Assembly: GCF_032444005.1 (NCBI RefSeq) | Contig: NC_091286.1 | Span: forward strand, 468,782,001-468,846,000 | Reading direction: 5' to 3' | Length of the DNA: 64,000 nt | From: Ranitomeya imitator | Lineage: Eukaryota | Shown: piece by piece, positions 1-12,248 of the stretch | Layout of the letters: every line of letters begins with the position of its first letter | Position numbering within the stretch: position 1 is the first letter of the stretch | Notes under the pieces: generated by a model | What the model saw: only the letters and a program-made list of their open reading frames with translations | Told to the model about the DNA's origin: nothing | The model's database searches: none | Made by a program: the position numbers and the translations under genes

Positions 1-2522
1 AAAATGAGTGTCCCATAGTGGGATATAGTGAAAAAGTAAGAATACATTTAAAAAAAATTTTAAATAATTGTAAAAATATTTTTAAAAATAATAAAAAATA
101 ATAATGAAAAATCAATATTTATTCCATCAATAAAGAAATATTTGAATAAAAAAAAAATCTAAAACAATAAAAGTACACATATTTGGTATTGCCGCATCCG
201 TAATGGCCTGACCTATAAAACTGTCCCACTAGATAGCCCCTTTAGTGAACACCAATAAAAAAAATGCTTTATCATCATACTGCCAAACAAAAAGTGGAAT
301 AACACACGATCAAAACGACGGATATAAATAAAAGCGGTACCACTGAAAACATCATCTTGTCCCCCAAAACACAAGCCACCATATAGCGCCATCACCGGAA
401 AAATAAAAAAGTTATAGCTCTTAGAATAAAGGTATACAAAAATAATTATTTTTTATATAAAAAAGTTTTAATTGTATAAAAGCTCCAAAACATAAAAAAA
501 GTTATAAATGAGGTATCGCTATTATCGTACTGACCTGAATAATAAAAATGATTTATCAATTTTACTACACGCGGAATGGTGTATAAGCCCCCCAAAAGAA
601 ATACATGAATTGTTGTTTCTTGTTCATTCTGCCTCCTAAAAATCGGATTAAAAAGCGATCTAAAAATGTCACATGCCCAAAAATGGTAACAATAAAAGTG
701 TCACCTGGTCCCACAAAAAACAAGACCTCACATGACTCTATAAGCCAAAATATGGAAAATTATAGCTCTCAAAATGGGGTGATTCAAAAACTATTTTTTT
801 CTATAAAAAGTCTTTTAGTGTGTGACATCTGAAAAACATAAAATCCCGCTATAAAATCCCACTATAAATAGTAAATCAAACCCCTGCTTTATCACCCCCT
901 TAGTTAGGGAAAAGTAATAAAATTTCAAATTTATTTCCATTTTCCAATTAGGGTTGTGGTTAGGGTTGGGGTTGAGGCTAGTGTTGGGGTGGAGGTTAGA
1001 GGTTGGGTTAGAGTAGGGGCTGGGGTTAGGGTTGGGGCTAAAATTAGAGTAAGGGTTGGGGCTAAAGTTAGGGTTAGGGTTGGGGCTGAAGTTAGGTTTG
1101 GGGCTAAAGTTAGGGTGAAGGTTGGGGCTAAAGTTAGGGTTACGATAGGGATTAGGATTAGGGTTGGGATTAGGGTTAGGGTTGGGATTAGGGTTGTGTA
1201 GGGATAGCTTTGTGGTTAGGGTTATGGCTAGGGTTGGGATTAGGGTTAGGGGTGTGTTGGGGTTAGGTTTGGAGTTAGAATTGAGGGGTTTCCACTGTTT
1301 AGGCACATCAGGGGCTCTCCAAATGCGACATGGTGCCTGATCTCAATTCAAGCCAATTTTGCATTGAATAGTCAAATGGCGCTCCTTCCCTTCCTAGCTC
1401 TGCCATATGCCCAAATGGTAGTTTACCCCCACATATGGAGTATCAGAATACTCAGAAAAAATTGCACAACAACTTTCGGGGTCCAATTTCTCCTGTTATC
1501 CTTGGGAAAATAAAAAATTGTGGGCAAAAAGATCATTTTTGTGGAAAAAAATATGATTTTTTATTTTTATGGCTCTACCTTATAAACTTCTGTGAAGCAC
1601 TTGGGAGTTCAAAAAGCTCACCACATATCTAAATAAGTTCCATAGGGGGTCTTCTTTCCAAACTGCTGTCACTTTTGGGGGATTTCCATTTTTTAGGCAC
1701 ATCAGGGGCTCTCCAAATGCGACATTGCGTCCAAACTTAATTCCAGACAATTTTGCTTTGAAAAGTCAAACGGTGCTCCTTCCATTCCGAGCTCTGCCAT
1801 GAGCCGAAACAGTAGTTTTCCTGCATATATGGGGTATCAGCTTACTCAGAACAAATTGGACTACAACTTTTGTGGTCCAATTTCTCTTTATACCATTGGT
1901 AAAATAAAACAAATTGGATCGGAATTACATTTTTTGTGAAAAAAGTTAAATGTTAATTTTTTTAAAACATTCCAAAAATTCCTGTGAAGCACCTAAAGGG
2001 TTAATAAACTTCTTGAATGTGGTTTTGAGCACCTTGAGGGGTGCAGTTTTTAGAATGGTGTCAATTTGAGGAATTTCCTATCATATATATCTCTCAAAGT
2101 GACTTCAAAGTGATGTGGTCCCTAAAAAAATGGTGTTGTAAAAATGAGAAATTGCTGGTCAACTTTTAACCATTATAACTCCATAACAAAAAAATTTGGT
2201 TCCAAAATTGTGCTGATGTAAAGTAGACATGTGGGAAATGTTACTTATTAAGTATTCTGTGTGATTTAAGGGCATAAAAATCAAAGTTGGAAAATTGTGA
2301 AATTTTCAACATTTTTGCCAAATTTAAATTTTTTTCACAAATAAACGCAAGTCATACTAAAGAAATTTTATGACTAGCAAGAAATACAATATATCTCGAG
2401 AAAATGTCAGAATCACCAGGATCCGTTGAAGCTTTCCAGAGTTATAACCTCAAAAATGGGTAATGGTCAGAATTGTAAAAATTGGCCTGGCAATTAACAC
2501 GTAAACCCTCCCCGGGAGTAAA
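1..2522. mobile_element. Non-autonomous piggyBac-like element, left end outside the window; homologous to 2924-5718
   Basis: Same telomere-like array, same ~390-bp internal unit (at 1285 and ~1678) and same right-end block (GGATCCGTTGAAGC...GGTCAGAATTG) as 2924-5718. Terminus is degenerate, so the end coordinate is approximate. Confidence 0.6.
948..1278 (+). repeat. Degenerate telomere-like (TTAGGG)n array
   Basis: Run of TTAGGG/TTGGGG/TTGGGA/CTAAAG hexamer variants, G-rich on +; source of the PNPNPN and VRVGVR ORFs. Confidence 0.9.
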
Positions 2523-2905
2523 GCATCTGTCAGAAGGTTTTTGCTATGTAATCAGAAGACTGCATGATGTAGGGGTTAAAACACTGAATTCAGAGATGGG
2601 TCACTTTTTTGGCTGTGTGCTGCTGCTTATTTACAATGACAGTGTTATCATATGATATTATCACTGCTAGACTTGGTCTCCTGAGACTCTTAGTCCGACC
2701 ACTCCTCCTTCCTGTGATAAGCTGCTCAATGTCAATAGATAATGTACACTGAAAGCTGTGGGGTGGGCGTGAATAGCTTTCTGAGCTTTACTCTATTTTA
2801 CATCTAAGAGCTGTGAATGCCTTACAACTCCTGCACCATGTAAACTAAGTGATATACTGTTGGAATCAGAGTCTCTTTTCCTAAATTAGAGCTGTAGATT
2901 TATAA
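2523..2905. mobile_element. Degraded Kolobok/T2-type MITE remnant
   Basis: Starts TAAAG-CATCTGTCAG like TTAAAGG-type termini; right end not recognisable. Confidence 0.3.
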
Positions 2906-3246
2906 GAAGATTTTGTATATTAACCCCTTCCCGAACTGTGACGCCACGTAGGCGTCATGAAAGTTGGTGCCAATCCGACCTGTGACGCCTATGCGGTGTC
3001 ATTGCAGGATCGCGCTCCTGCAGGTCGGATGAAAGGCTTAACTGGCATTTCACCCACCCTGCTGGTACAGGAGGAGTTGTACTTGGGCCCGGGAGGTGGA
3101 TTCCCCCCCCTTGTGGCTATGATCGCTCTGCTTGGCTGTTGAAAGTGAAACAGTCAACCAGAGCAATCTGCAAAGTTTTACCTGTGGATTTTTCAAAAAC
3201 GGTGTGGAAAAATCTGCACATGAATCCACAAAGTGGGCACATAGCC

Positions 3247-3565
3247 TTAGAGATAGGGTTGGAATTAGAGTTAGGGTTTGAATTAGGGTTAGGGTTGGAA
3301 ATAGGGTTAAGATTAGAGTTAGGGGTGTGTTGGGGTTATTGTTAGGCTTGCGGTTAGGGTTATTGTTAGGGTTGGGATTAGGTTTAGGGATGTATTGGGG
3401 TTAGGGTTGTGGTTAGGGTTAGGATTGGGATTAGGGTTAGGGTTGGGATTAGGGTTAGGGTTGGGATTAGGGTTAGGGGTGTGTTGGTGTTAGGGTTGTG
3501 ATGAGGGTTATGGCTAGAGTTGGTAATAGGGTTAGGGGTGTGTTGGGGTTAGTGTTGGAGTTAGA
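3247..3565 (+). repeat. Degenerate telomere-like (TTAGGG)n array inside the piggyBac-like element
   Basis: Many TTAGGG and TTGGGA hexamers; right junction GGAGTTAGAATTGAGGGGTTTCCAC identical to that of 948-1278. Confidence 0.9.
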
Positions 3566-3570
3566 ATTGA

Positions 3571-5300
3571 GGGGTTTCCACTATTTAGGCACATCACTGG
3601 TCTCCAAATGCGACATGGCGCCACCATTGATTCCAGCCAATCTTGCGTTCAAAAAGTCAAATGGTGCTCCCCCCTTCCGTGCCCTGACGTGCGCCCAAAC
3701 AGTGGTTTACCCAAACATATGGGGGGGTAAGCGTACTCAGGAAAAATTGCACAACAGCTTTTGGGGTCTTAATTCTCCTGTTACCCTTGGGAAAATAAAA
3801 AATGGGGGCTAAAAATTTATTTTTGTGGGGGAAAATTTTTTTTTTTATTTTCACGGCTCAGCGTTATAAAATTCTGTGAAGCACTTGGGGGTTCAAAGTA
3901 CTCACCACATATCTAGATAAGTTCTCTGGGGGTCTAGTTTCCAAAATGGGGTCACTTGTGGGGGATTTCTACTGTTTAGGCACATCAGGGGCTCTGCAAA
4001 TGCAATGTGATGCCTGCAGACCATTCATCAAAGTCTGCATTTCAAAACGTCACTACTTCCCTTCCAAGCCCCGACGAGTGCCCAAACAGTGGTTTACCCC
4101 CACATATGGGGTATCGCCGCACTCAGGACAAACTGTAAAACAACTTTTGGGGTCCAATTTCTCCTGTTACCCTTGTGAAAATAAAAAAATTGCTGGCTAA
4201 AATATAATTTTTGAGGAAAGAAAAACTATTTTTTATTTTTTCGGCTCTGCGTTATAAACTTCTGTGAAGCACTTGGGGGTTCAAAGTGCTCACCACACAT
4301 CTAGATAAGTTCCGCAGAGGGTCTAGTTTCCAAAATGTGGCCACTTGTGGGGGATTTCTCCTGTTTAGACACATCATGGGCTCAGCAAACGCAACGTGAT
4401 GGAATGGTCTATCAAATGCATTTCAAAACGTCACTACTTCCCTTCCGAGCCCCGAAGTGTGTCCAAACATTGGTTTACCCTACATATGGGGTAGTAGTGT
4501 ACTCAGGACAAACTGGAAAACAACTATTGGGGCCCACTTTCTCAAGTTACCCCTGTGAAAATAAAAAACTGCGGGCTGAAAAAGATTTTTGAGGAAAGAA
4601 AACATATTTTTTATTTGCACAGCTCTGCGTTATAAACTTCTGTGAAGCACTTGTTGGTTCAAAGTGCTCACCACACATCTAGATAAGTTCCATGTGGGGT
4701 CTAGTTTCCAAAATGGGGTCACTTGTGGGGGGTTTCTACTGTTTAGGCACATCAGGGGCCCTGCAAACATAACATGATGCCCAGAGACCATTCCATCAAA
4801 ATCTGCATTCCAAAACATCACTACTTCCCTTCCGAGCCCCGACGTGTGCCCAAACAGTGGTTCCCCTCCACATATGGGGTATCAGCATACTCAGGACAAA
4901 CTGGAAAACAACTATTCAATTCAACTATTGGGGTTCAATTTCTCCTGTTACCTTTGTGAAAATAAAAAATTTGGGGCTAAAAAATAATTTTTGAGGAAAT
5001 AAAAATAATTTTTTTTCACAGCATTGCATTATAAACTTATGTGAAGCGCTTGGGGGTTCAAAGTGCTCACCTAACATCTAGATAAGTTCCTTGCGGGGTC
5101 TAGTTTCCAAAATGGGGTCTTTTGTGGGGGAGCTCCAATGTTAAGACACACAGGGGCTCTCCAAACGTGACATGGTGTTCGTTAATGATTGGAGCTAATT
5201 TTTCATTCAAAAGTTAAATGGCGCTCCTTCCCTTCCAAGCCTTGCCGTGTGCCCAAATAGTGGTTTACCCCCACATGTGAGGTATAAAAAAAATGGTTTT
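3571..5300 (+). repeat. Internal tandem array of ~390-bp units (about 4.5 copies)
   Basis: Unit starts (GGGG.TTTC.AC.GTTTAGGCACATCAGGG) at about 3571, 3961, 4350, 4729 and 5127. Confidence 0.85.
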
Positions 5301-5722
5301 GTAATTTTTTTGTAAAAATGAGAAATTGCTGCTCACATTTTAACCCTTATAACTTCGTAGCAAAAGAAAATTTTGTTTCCAAAATTGTGCTGATGTAAAG
5401 TAGACCTGTGGTTAATGTTATTTATTAACTATTTGTGTCACATAACTCTCTGGTTTAACAGAATACGAATTCAAAATGTGAAAATTGCAAAATGTTCAAA
5501 ATTTTTGCTAAATTTCCATTTTTTCACAAATAAATGCAAAAATTATTGACCTAAATTTACCACTAACATGAAGCCCAATATGTCATGTAAAAACAGTCTC
5601 AGAATCGCTAGGATCCGTTGAAGCGTTCTTGAGTTATTACCTCATAAAGGGACACTGGTCAGAATTGCAAAAAAATAGCCAGGTCATTAGGGTCAAAATA
5701 GGCTGGGTCATGAAGGGGTTAA

Positions 5723-6993
5723 AGCGATTGTCTAGGACTACACTGTTGACGAAAAGTCATTAACATTTGGATGGTAGGGGTCTGACACCTTGCACCTTCA
5801 ACAGTCAGCAATTCTGTTTATTGGGCCTTTCTCAGATACTGTAGCTGAGCTTCTACTGAAGTGAATAAGGCATGACCTGTGTAGGACCTGTGGAAGCGCA
5901 GTAGCACGAAACGGCCATCGTCTGTTACAATTCACATTCTCCCTTGCTGAAGATTCTTCCGTTTCAATAAAGGACTGATTTTTAGGACGCTGAGTGCTCT
6001 CAGTTTTCTTCTTTCTTTGGAATTTTCTTACATACTTTTTTCAGATTGAGCACCCGATCCTTTTGGGGCGTGGCTGTGTTGAGTGTGAGGCGCAGTGAAC
6101 CTTTGTTGCAGTGGTGCGGATTCTTTGCTCTTTTTATTGTGGCTGTAACAAATGAGAATGGCTACCATACAGTGTTAGAGAGTAGTGTTGAGCATTCCGA
6201 TACCGCAAGTATCGGGTATCGGCCGATATTTGCGGTATCGGAATTCCGATACCGAGTTCCGATATTTTTGCGATATCGGGAATCGGGATCGGGATGAATA
6301 TTCACGTGTAAAATAAGGAATAAAAATAAAAAATATGGATATACTCACCCTCGGACGCGCCCTGGTTGTAACCGCTGCAACCGGCAGCCTCCGTTCCTAA
6401 GAATGAGCGAGTGAAGGACCTGCGATGACGTCGCGGCTTGTGATTGGTCGCGTGAGTGGTCACATGAGCGGTCACGCGACCAATCACAAGCCGCGACGTC
6501 ATCGAAGGTCCTTCACCCTGCATTCTTAGGAACGGAGGCTGCCGGTTACACCGCTAAGGTCCAGGGTCCGCCGGAGGGGTGAGTATATCCATATTTTTTT
6601 TATTTTTATTCTTTATTTTTTACATGAATATGGATCCCAGGGCCTGAAGGAGAGTTTCCTCTTCTTCAGACCCTGGGAACCATTCCAGGATCACTTCTGA
6701 TATTTGTGTCCCTTTGACTTGTATTGGTATCGGGTATCGGTATCGACGATATCCGATATTTTTCGGATATCGGCCGATACAATCCGATACCGATACTTTC
6801 AAATATTGGAAGGTATTGCTCAAAACTATTAGACAGTTGTAGTGTTCTGGTTCCGTACGCTGTGTACTTCTGCTCTCCACAGGACCTACTAACATTTGAT
6901 GGTGGGAGTCTTGGATGTCAGAACGATGATGATATAATACTAATTACCGATTTTAATAATAGGTCATAAATTTCACTGTCCTGGACAACCCCT
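5723..6993. mobile_element. Kolobok/T2-type MITE carrying a nested hAT MITE
   Basis: Left TTAA|AGCGATTGTCTAGGAC versus right GTCCTGGACAACCCCT|TTGA (15/18 inverted match); further subterminal inverted similarity. Confidence 0.6.
6183..6828. mobile_element. hAT-type MITE (TAG termini) with a single ~325-bp internal hairpin
   Basis: TAGTGTTGAGC...GCTCAAAACTA termini; 8-bp TSD TTAGAGAG/TTAGACAG; inverted repeat spanning about 6301-6627. Confidence 0.85.
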
Positions 6994-7294
6994 TTGACAG
7001 TTACAGTTATGCTTTATGTGAGTTTTAAAAACGATCTATAAAGTGAGCTAATATCATAAATTCTTGTGAAAGTTTTATCGGCTTTTCTGTTAAAAACAAA
7101 TGATTTCAGAAATTGCATTATTATTATTTATTTTTATTTTTCTACCTGTTTTTTTAGATGCAAATATTCATTTTAACATCTTTAAGTAAAACTCACTTTA
7201 TAAATGTTATGCAGAGGAAATGATTTGTGGGGAAAATCTGCTGCCTGAAATTATATATAATTAAATACTTCACTTTGAATCCCTGTGATTCTAG

Positions 7295-7429
7295 AATTGC
7301 AAGTCAATGAACATTTCAACAAGCTGGGAACGTCTCTTGAGATCCACATTTCAAACTTGTCTGGAAATGCAAAAGCAGCTTTTACCCTGGAGTGTGCAAG
7401 CACTCAGCTTCTTGGAAAATCTCAGTATG
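7295..7429 (+). CDS. Candidate internal coding exon of an unidentified host gene (ELQVNEHFNKLGTSLEIHISNLSGNAKAAFTLECASTQLLGKSQY)
   Basis: TTCTAG acceptor, G|GTATGT donor, 135 nt, open frame, phase 1-1, non-repetitive sequence. Confidence 0.55.
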
Positions 7430-7930
7430 GTATGTCGTTACAATTTAGACAGCACAAGTATGAAATTTTTGTATGTTTCTGTGGAATGATGTTCCTAGCC
7501 CCAGTCTGTAGAAATGAAACAAAAATGCACAGGGGATTTTAGAAAAAGCTACATTTTACCTCCTCCTGGCACAAATCCTAGCATGCAGAGTAGTCACCCA
7601 CAGCTTTAGGATGTAGCAGCTATAGATGTATTTAAAAAGGTCTAGCATAACAAACAATGCAACCTAAGGCCACTTTCACACTGTCATATTTTGGTTAGTA
7701 TTTGAAGCAGTATTTGTAAGCCGAAATTAGGAAAAGAACCTATGCAAAGTATAATGGACATATTTGTACCGCCTCCATGCTTCAAGCTCATTCCTTGTTT
7801 TTGTTCACGAATACTAATGCACATTGCTGGTGAAAATACACACGTTGGAAAGTGAACTATGGCTAAAAATCAAAAGTAAAGTCCTTTAAATAATCCAAGC
7901 ATGGTAAAAAAAAATCTTGGCATTCGTGGG

Positions 7931-8619
7931 TGCATTCGTGCACAATTATTCGTGTATTTTTTTCAAAGTACTTTTTTTTCTAAGTACTCGGCAGTTATAA
8001 CATGGCAGAATATAATCAAGCATCTCTTCTCTCTTCATACAGGTAAACTGATCATTCATTCTCTGAGCTGAAATATCCTGCATGTCTATTGCTCCAGTCC
8101 CTGACAGCAAGCAGCTTGGATGGTAAACTGATCATTCATTCTCTGAGCTGAAATATCCTGCATGTCTATTGCTCCAGTCCCTGACAGCAAGCAGCTTGGA
8201 TGGTATCTGAGTCATTCTATCTTCGGCATTGAATCCTGCATGTATCTACATATGTTATCAGTTTACCAATAGTCATCCTATTATGCATTTGTTTGTGTTT
8301 ATAGATATTTAACTGACTTTTGCATGTCTTTACTCAGAGAGATCACATAACTGTTTCAAAGCGGTTTATGATCCATGTAGACCTGGACATTTGTTTATCT
8401 GATCACTACATTTATTGTGTCCTGTTGTCTCAACTGAGTTAGATTGATTGCTAATGAGCTTTAACCAAAAAAAAAAAAAAAAAGGGGAGATCTAAGAGCT
8501 AGCCTTCTATAAATGTAGACTTAGCTTGGGGATGCATTCGTGCATTCGTGCACAATTATTCGTGTATTTTTTTCAAAGTACTTTTTTTTTCTAAGTACTC
8601 GGCAGTTATAACATGGCAG
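7931..8619 (+). repeat. 78-bp direct repeat pair (7931-8008 and 8541-8619) upstream of the L2 ORF
   Basis: TGCATTCGTGCACAATTATTCG...TATAACATGGCAG occurs twice and differs only in a T-run length; the second copy contains the L2 ATG. Confidence 0.9.
8042..8205 (+). repeat. Perfect 80-bp tandem duplication
   Basis: GGTAAACTGATCATTCATTCTCTGAGC...GCAGCTTGGAT repeated with period 80. Confidence 0.95.
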
Positions 8620-11600
8620 TTAGACAGGGCAGGAGACAGGTAAGACAATCTAAATCTAATCCATATACACTTGAAACAGCACAAATACTCACCATATGTA
8701 TTTGTATAATCTATATCCTGGCTGCTGCATTCACTCATATTCACAGCCCTCGCAATAACTCTCTACACTCCATCCATATCGGCCCCTCTATCCTTCCCTC
8801 TCCTATGTATAGCACTCACGCTCTGTTCACATTGCTTAACAGCACAGATCCATTCAGTCCCACCATCCAACACAAGAGACGCTCTCACAAATCACTTAAC
8901 CATCTGCTCACTCTTTCGATCCTCCTTCTCCTAGTCGCTGGAGACATATCTCCAAACCCCGGCCCCCCATGTTATAGCCAGTCAAACCTCCCAATTGTTA
9001 CACCCAGAAACCCCTCTAACCTTATTAATATTCCCTGCATGCCTTCTGTCTCTTTGAATTGTGCCCTTTGGAATTCTCGCTCTGTATGTAATAAACTCTC
9101 CTTCATTCATGACTTCTTCCTTTCTAATTCTCTTAATCTCCTGGCTCTTACTGAAACCTGGATCCAGCAGTCAGATACCACCGCTGCTGCTGCTCTTTCC
9201 TATGGTGGACTACATTTTTCTCATACCCCAAGATCAGACAACAGAGCAGGTGGAGGCGTTGGTCTGCTCCTTTCACCCAAATGTACCTTCCAAGTTATCC
9301 CCCAAGTGCCCTCACTTGTCTTCCCTTCCTTTGAGGTCCATGTGGTCAGACTCTACATCCCCTTCTCCATGCGAGTGGCGGTGGTGTATCGTCCTCCCGG
9401 CCCCTCTCATCAGTTCCTGGATCACTTTGCCACCTGGCTTCCACACTTTCTCTCCTGTGACACCCCCACCCTTATCATGGGTGATTTCAACATCTCCATT
9501 GCTTCTCCCCTCTCCCCATCTGCTTCTCACCTTTTATCTTTATCCTCCTCTTTCGGCCTCTCGCAGCATACTAACTCTCCAACGCATGAAGATGGAAACT
9601 CCCTTGACTTGGTCTTCTCCCGGCTTTGCTCAGTGGATGATTTCACAAACTCCCATTTCCCTCTCTCTGACCACAACCTTCTTTCATTCTCTATCAAGAA
9701 CTGTCATCCAGCTCAGGTCACCCCCATTTTCCACACTTATAGAAACATACAGGCCATTAACACCCAGAAACTTATGAAGAACCTGCAGTCCTCATTGGCC
9801 CCAATCTTCTCCATCTCATGTCCTGATTCTGCTCTGAAGCATTACAATGAAACACTGCAAAGTGCTCTGGATGAAGCTGCTCCTCCTATACATAAAACAA
9901 CTCGGCACAGACGGCAACAACCGTGGCACACGCTGCAAACACGTTTCCTGCAGCGGTGCTCCAGGTGCGCAGAACGTCTGTGGAGAAAATCTAATCTACC
10001 CAAAGACTTCATCCATTATAAGTTCATGCTAAAGACATACAATTCTGCCCTTCACCTCTCCAAACAAACCTATTTCAACACCCTCATCACCTCCCTGTCC
10101 AATAACCCTAAACGTCTCTTTGACACATTCCAGTCCCTACTCAACCCAAGAGAGCAGGCCCCAACCACGGATCTCCGCGCTGACGATCTGGCCAATTACT
10201 TCAAAGAAAAAATTGACCACATTCGACAGGAAATCATCTCCCAATCTCTTCATACCATGCACTGTCCTCCCTCCCCCACTGCATCTAGTTCACTCTCTGA
10301 CTTTGAACCAGTTACAGAAGAAGAACTAAGCAAGCTCCTTGCATCCTCTCGCCCAACCACTTGCACCAGTGACCCCATTCCGTCACATCTCCTCCAGTCC
10401 CTTTCCCCGGCTGTCACCTCTCACCTAACAAAAATATTCAACCTTTCCCTCACTTCCGGTATTTTTCCCTCATTTAAGCATGCCCTCATACATCCATTAC
10501 TTAAAAAACCATCCCTCGACCAAAACTGTGCCGCTAATTATAGACCTGTCTCTAATCTTCCCTTCATCTCTAAACTCCTCGAACGCCTGGTCCACTCCCG
10601 TCTTACCCGCTATCTCTCAGATAACTCTCTTCTAGACCCTCTTCCATGTGGCTTCCGCTCTTTACACTCTACTGAAACTGCCCTCACTAAAGTCTCTAAT
10701 GACCTACTAACAGCTAAATCTAATGGTCACTACTCCATGCCTATTCTCTCGGATCTCTCTGCAGCATTCGATACTGTGGATCATCAGCTCCTCCTCACTA
10801 TGCTCCGCTCCATCGGCCTCAAGGACACCGTTCTCTCCTGGTTCTCCTCCTATCTCTCTGACCGATCCTTCACTGTATGTTTTGCTGGTTCCTCCTCCTC
10901 TCACCTTCCCCTTACTGTTGGGGTTCCTCAAGGATCAGTCCTAGGCCCCCTTCTCTTCTCATTGTATACTGCCCCTATTGGACAAACAATCAGTAGATTT
11001 GGTTTCCAGTACCATCTCTATGCTGATGACACCCAATTATACACTTCTGCTCCTGATATCTCGCCTGCCTTATTAGAAAACACCAGTGATTGTCTTACCG
11101 CTGTCTCTAACATCATGTCCTCCCTCTATCTGAAACTAAACCTGTCAAAAACTGAACTCCTCGTGTTCTCTCCTTCTACTAACCTACCTTTGCCTGACAT
11201 TGTCATCTCCATGTGCGGTTCCACCATTACTCCAAAGCAACATGCCCGCTGCCTTGGGGTCATCCTTGATTCTGACCTTTCATTCACCCCCCACATCCGA
11301 TCACTGGCTCGCTCTTCTTATCTGCATCTCAAAAACATTTCTAGAATTCGCCCTTTTCTAACTTTCAACTCTGCAAAAACTCTTACTGTTTCACTTATTC
11401 ATTCTCGTCTGGACTATTGTAACTCTCTACTAATCGGCCTCCCTCTTACCAAACTCTCCCCGCTCCAATCTGTCCTGAATGCTGCTGCCAGGATCATATT
11501 CCTCACCAACCGTTACACCGATGCCTCTACCTTGTGCCAGTCATTAAACTGGTTACCCATCCACTCCAGAATCCAGTACAAAACTACTACCCTAATCCAC

Positions 11601-12248
11601 AAAGCACTCCATGGCTCAGCACCACCCTATATCTCCTCTCTGGTCTCGGTCTACCACCCTACCCGTGCCCTCCGCTCCGCTAATGACCTCAGGTTAGCAT
11701 CCTCAATAATCAGAACCTCCCACTCCCGTCTCCAAGACTTTACACGTGCTGCGCCGATTCTTTGGAATGCACTACCTAGGTTAATGCGATTAATCCCCAA
11801 TCCCCACAGTTTTAAGCGTGCCCTAAAAACTCATTTGTTCAGACTGGCCTACCGCCTCAATGCATTAATGTAAGGATCCCTGTGTGGCCTATTTAAAAAA
11901 ATGTTCTCATTCACTTTATGCAGTTAATAGCCCTCTGTGTCTGTACTGTTACATACTTAGGCAGTTAACTGGTTCATGCAGCTTTACATGAACACCCGAG
12001 CCTTCCACTATGGCTGGTCCGAATAACTATAGCATTTGTTACCATCCACCTCTCGTGTCTCCCCTTTTCCTCATAGTTTGTAAGCTTGCGAGCAGGGCCC
12101 TCATTCCTCCTGGTATCTGTTTTGAACTGTATTCCCGTTATGCTGTAATGTCTATTGTCTGTGCAAGTCCCCTCTATAATTTGTAAAGCGCTGCGGAATA
12201 TGTTGGCGCTATATAAATAAAAATTATTATTATTATAAAATTATTATT
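8541..12248 (+). mobile_element. L2-clade non-LTR retrotransposon, subfamily A, apparently full-length ORF
   Basis: APE+RT ORF, 3' UTR ending GCGCTGCGGAATATGTTGGCGCTATATAAATAAA and a (TTA)n tail. 5' boundary uncertain. Confidence 0.9.
8613..11873 (+). CDS. L2 ORF2: apurinic-type endonuclease plus reverse transcriptase, 1086 aa
   Basis: Endonuclease motifs WNSRS, LTETW, VYRPP, MGDFN, SDH; RT motifs [32 protein letters not shown]; no internal stop. Confidence 0.95.
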   Translation: MAVRQGRRQVRQSKSNPYTLETAQILTICICIIYILAAAFTHIHSPRNNSLHSIHIGPSILPSPMYSTHALFTLLNSTDPFSPTIQHKRRSHKSLNHLLTLSILLLLVAGDISPNPGPPCYSQSNLPIVTPRNPSNLINIPCMPSVSLNCALWNSRSVCNKLSFIHDFFLSNSLNLLALTETWIQQSDTTAAAALSYGGLHFSHTPRSDNRAGGGVGLLLSPKCTFQVIPQVPSLVFPSFEVHVVRLYIPFSMRVAVVYRPPGPSHQFLDHFATWLPHFLSCDTPTLIMGDFNISIASPLSPSASHLLSLSSSFGLSQHTNSPTHEDGNSLDLVFSRLCSVDDFTNSHFPLSDHNLLSFSIKNCHPAQVTPIFHTYRNIQAINTQKLMKNLQSSLAPIFSISCPDSALKHYNETLQSALDEAAPPIHKTTRHRRQQPWHTLQTRFLQRCSRCAERLWRKSNLPKDFIHYKFMLKTYNSALHLSKQTYFNTLITSLSNNPKRLFDTFQSLLNPREQAPTTDLRADDLANYFKEKIDHIRQEIISQSLHTMHCPPSPTASSSLSDFEPVTEEELSKLLASSRPTTCTSDPIPSHLLQSLSPAVTSHLTKIFNLSLTSGIFPSFKHALIHPLLKKPSLDQNCAANYRPVSNLPFISKLLERLVHSRLTRYLSDNSLLDPLPCGFRSLHSTETALTKVSNDLLTAKSNGHYSMPILSDLSAAFDTVDHQLLLTMLRSIGLKDTVLSWFSSYLSDRSFTVCFAGSSSSHLPLTVGVPQGSVLGPLLFSLYTAPIGQTISRFGFQYHLYADDTQLYTSAPDISPALLENTSDCLTAVSNIMSSLYLKLNLSKTELLVFSPSTNLPLPDIVISMCGSTITPKQHARCLGVILDSDLSFTPHIRSLARSSYLHLKNISRIRPFLTFNSAKTLTVSLIHSRLDYCNSLLIGLPLTKLSPLQSVLNAAARIIFLTNRYTDASTLCQSLNWLPIHSRIQYKTTTLIHKALHGSAPPYISSLVSVYHPTRALRSANDLRLASSIIRTSHSRLQDFTRAAPILWNALPRLMRLIPNPHSFKRALKTHLFRLAYRLNALM

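Larger units (their letters stand above)
2924..5718. mobile_element. Non-autonomous piggyBac-like DNA transposon (~2.8 kb)
   Basis: TTAA at 2920-2923 and 5719-5722; terminal inverted CCCCTTC...GAAGGGG; no transposase ORF. TTAA plus CCC termini is the piggyBac signature. Confidence 0.75.

Noticed and set aside
948-1278. True telomere or chromosome-fusion site
   Set aside because: Degenerate, short, single orientation and embedded at the same position in two transposon copies.
815-1306. 163-aa PNPNPN-rich ORF and antisense VRVG ORFs (also 3139-3812)
   Set aside because: Translations of the telomere-like hexamer array; no independent sign of coding.
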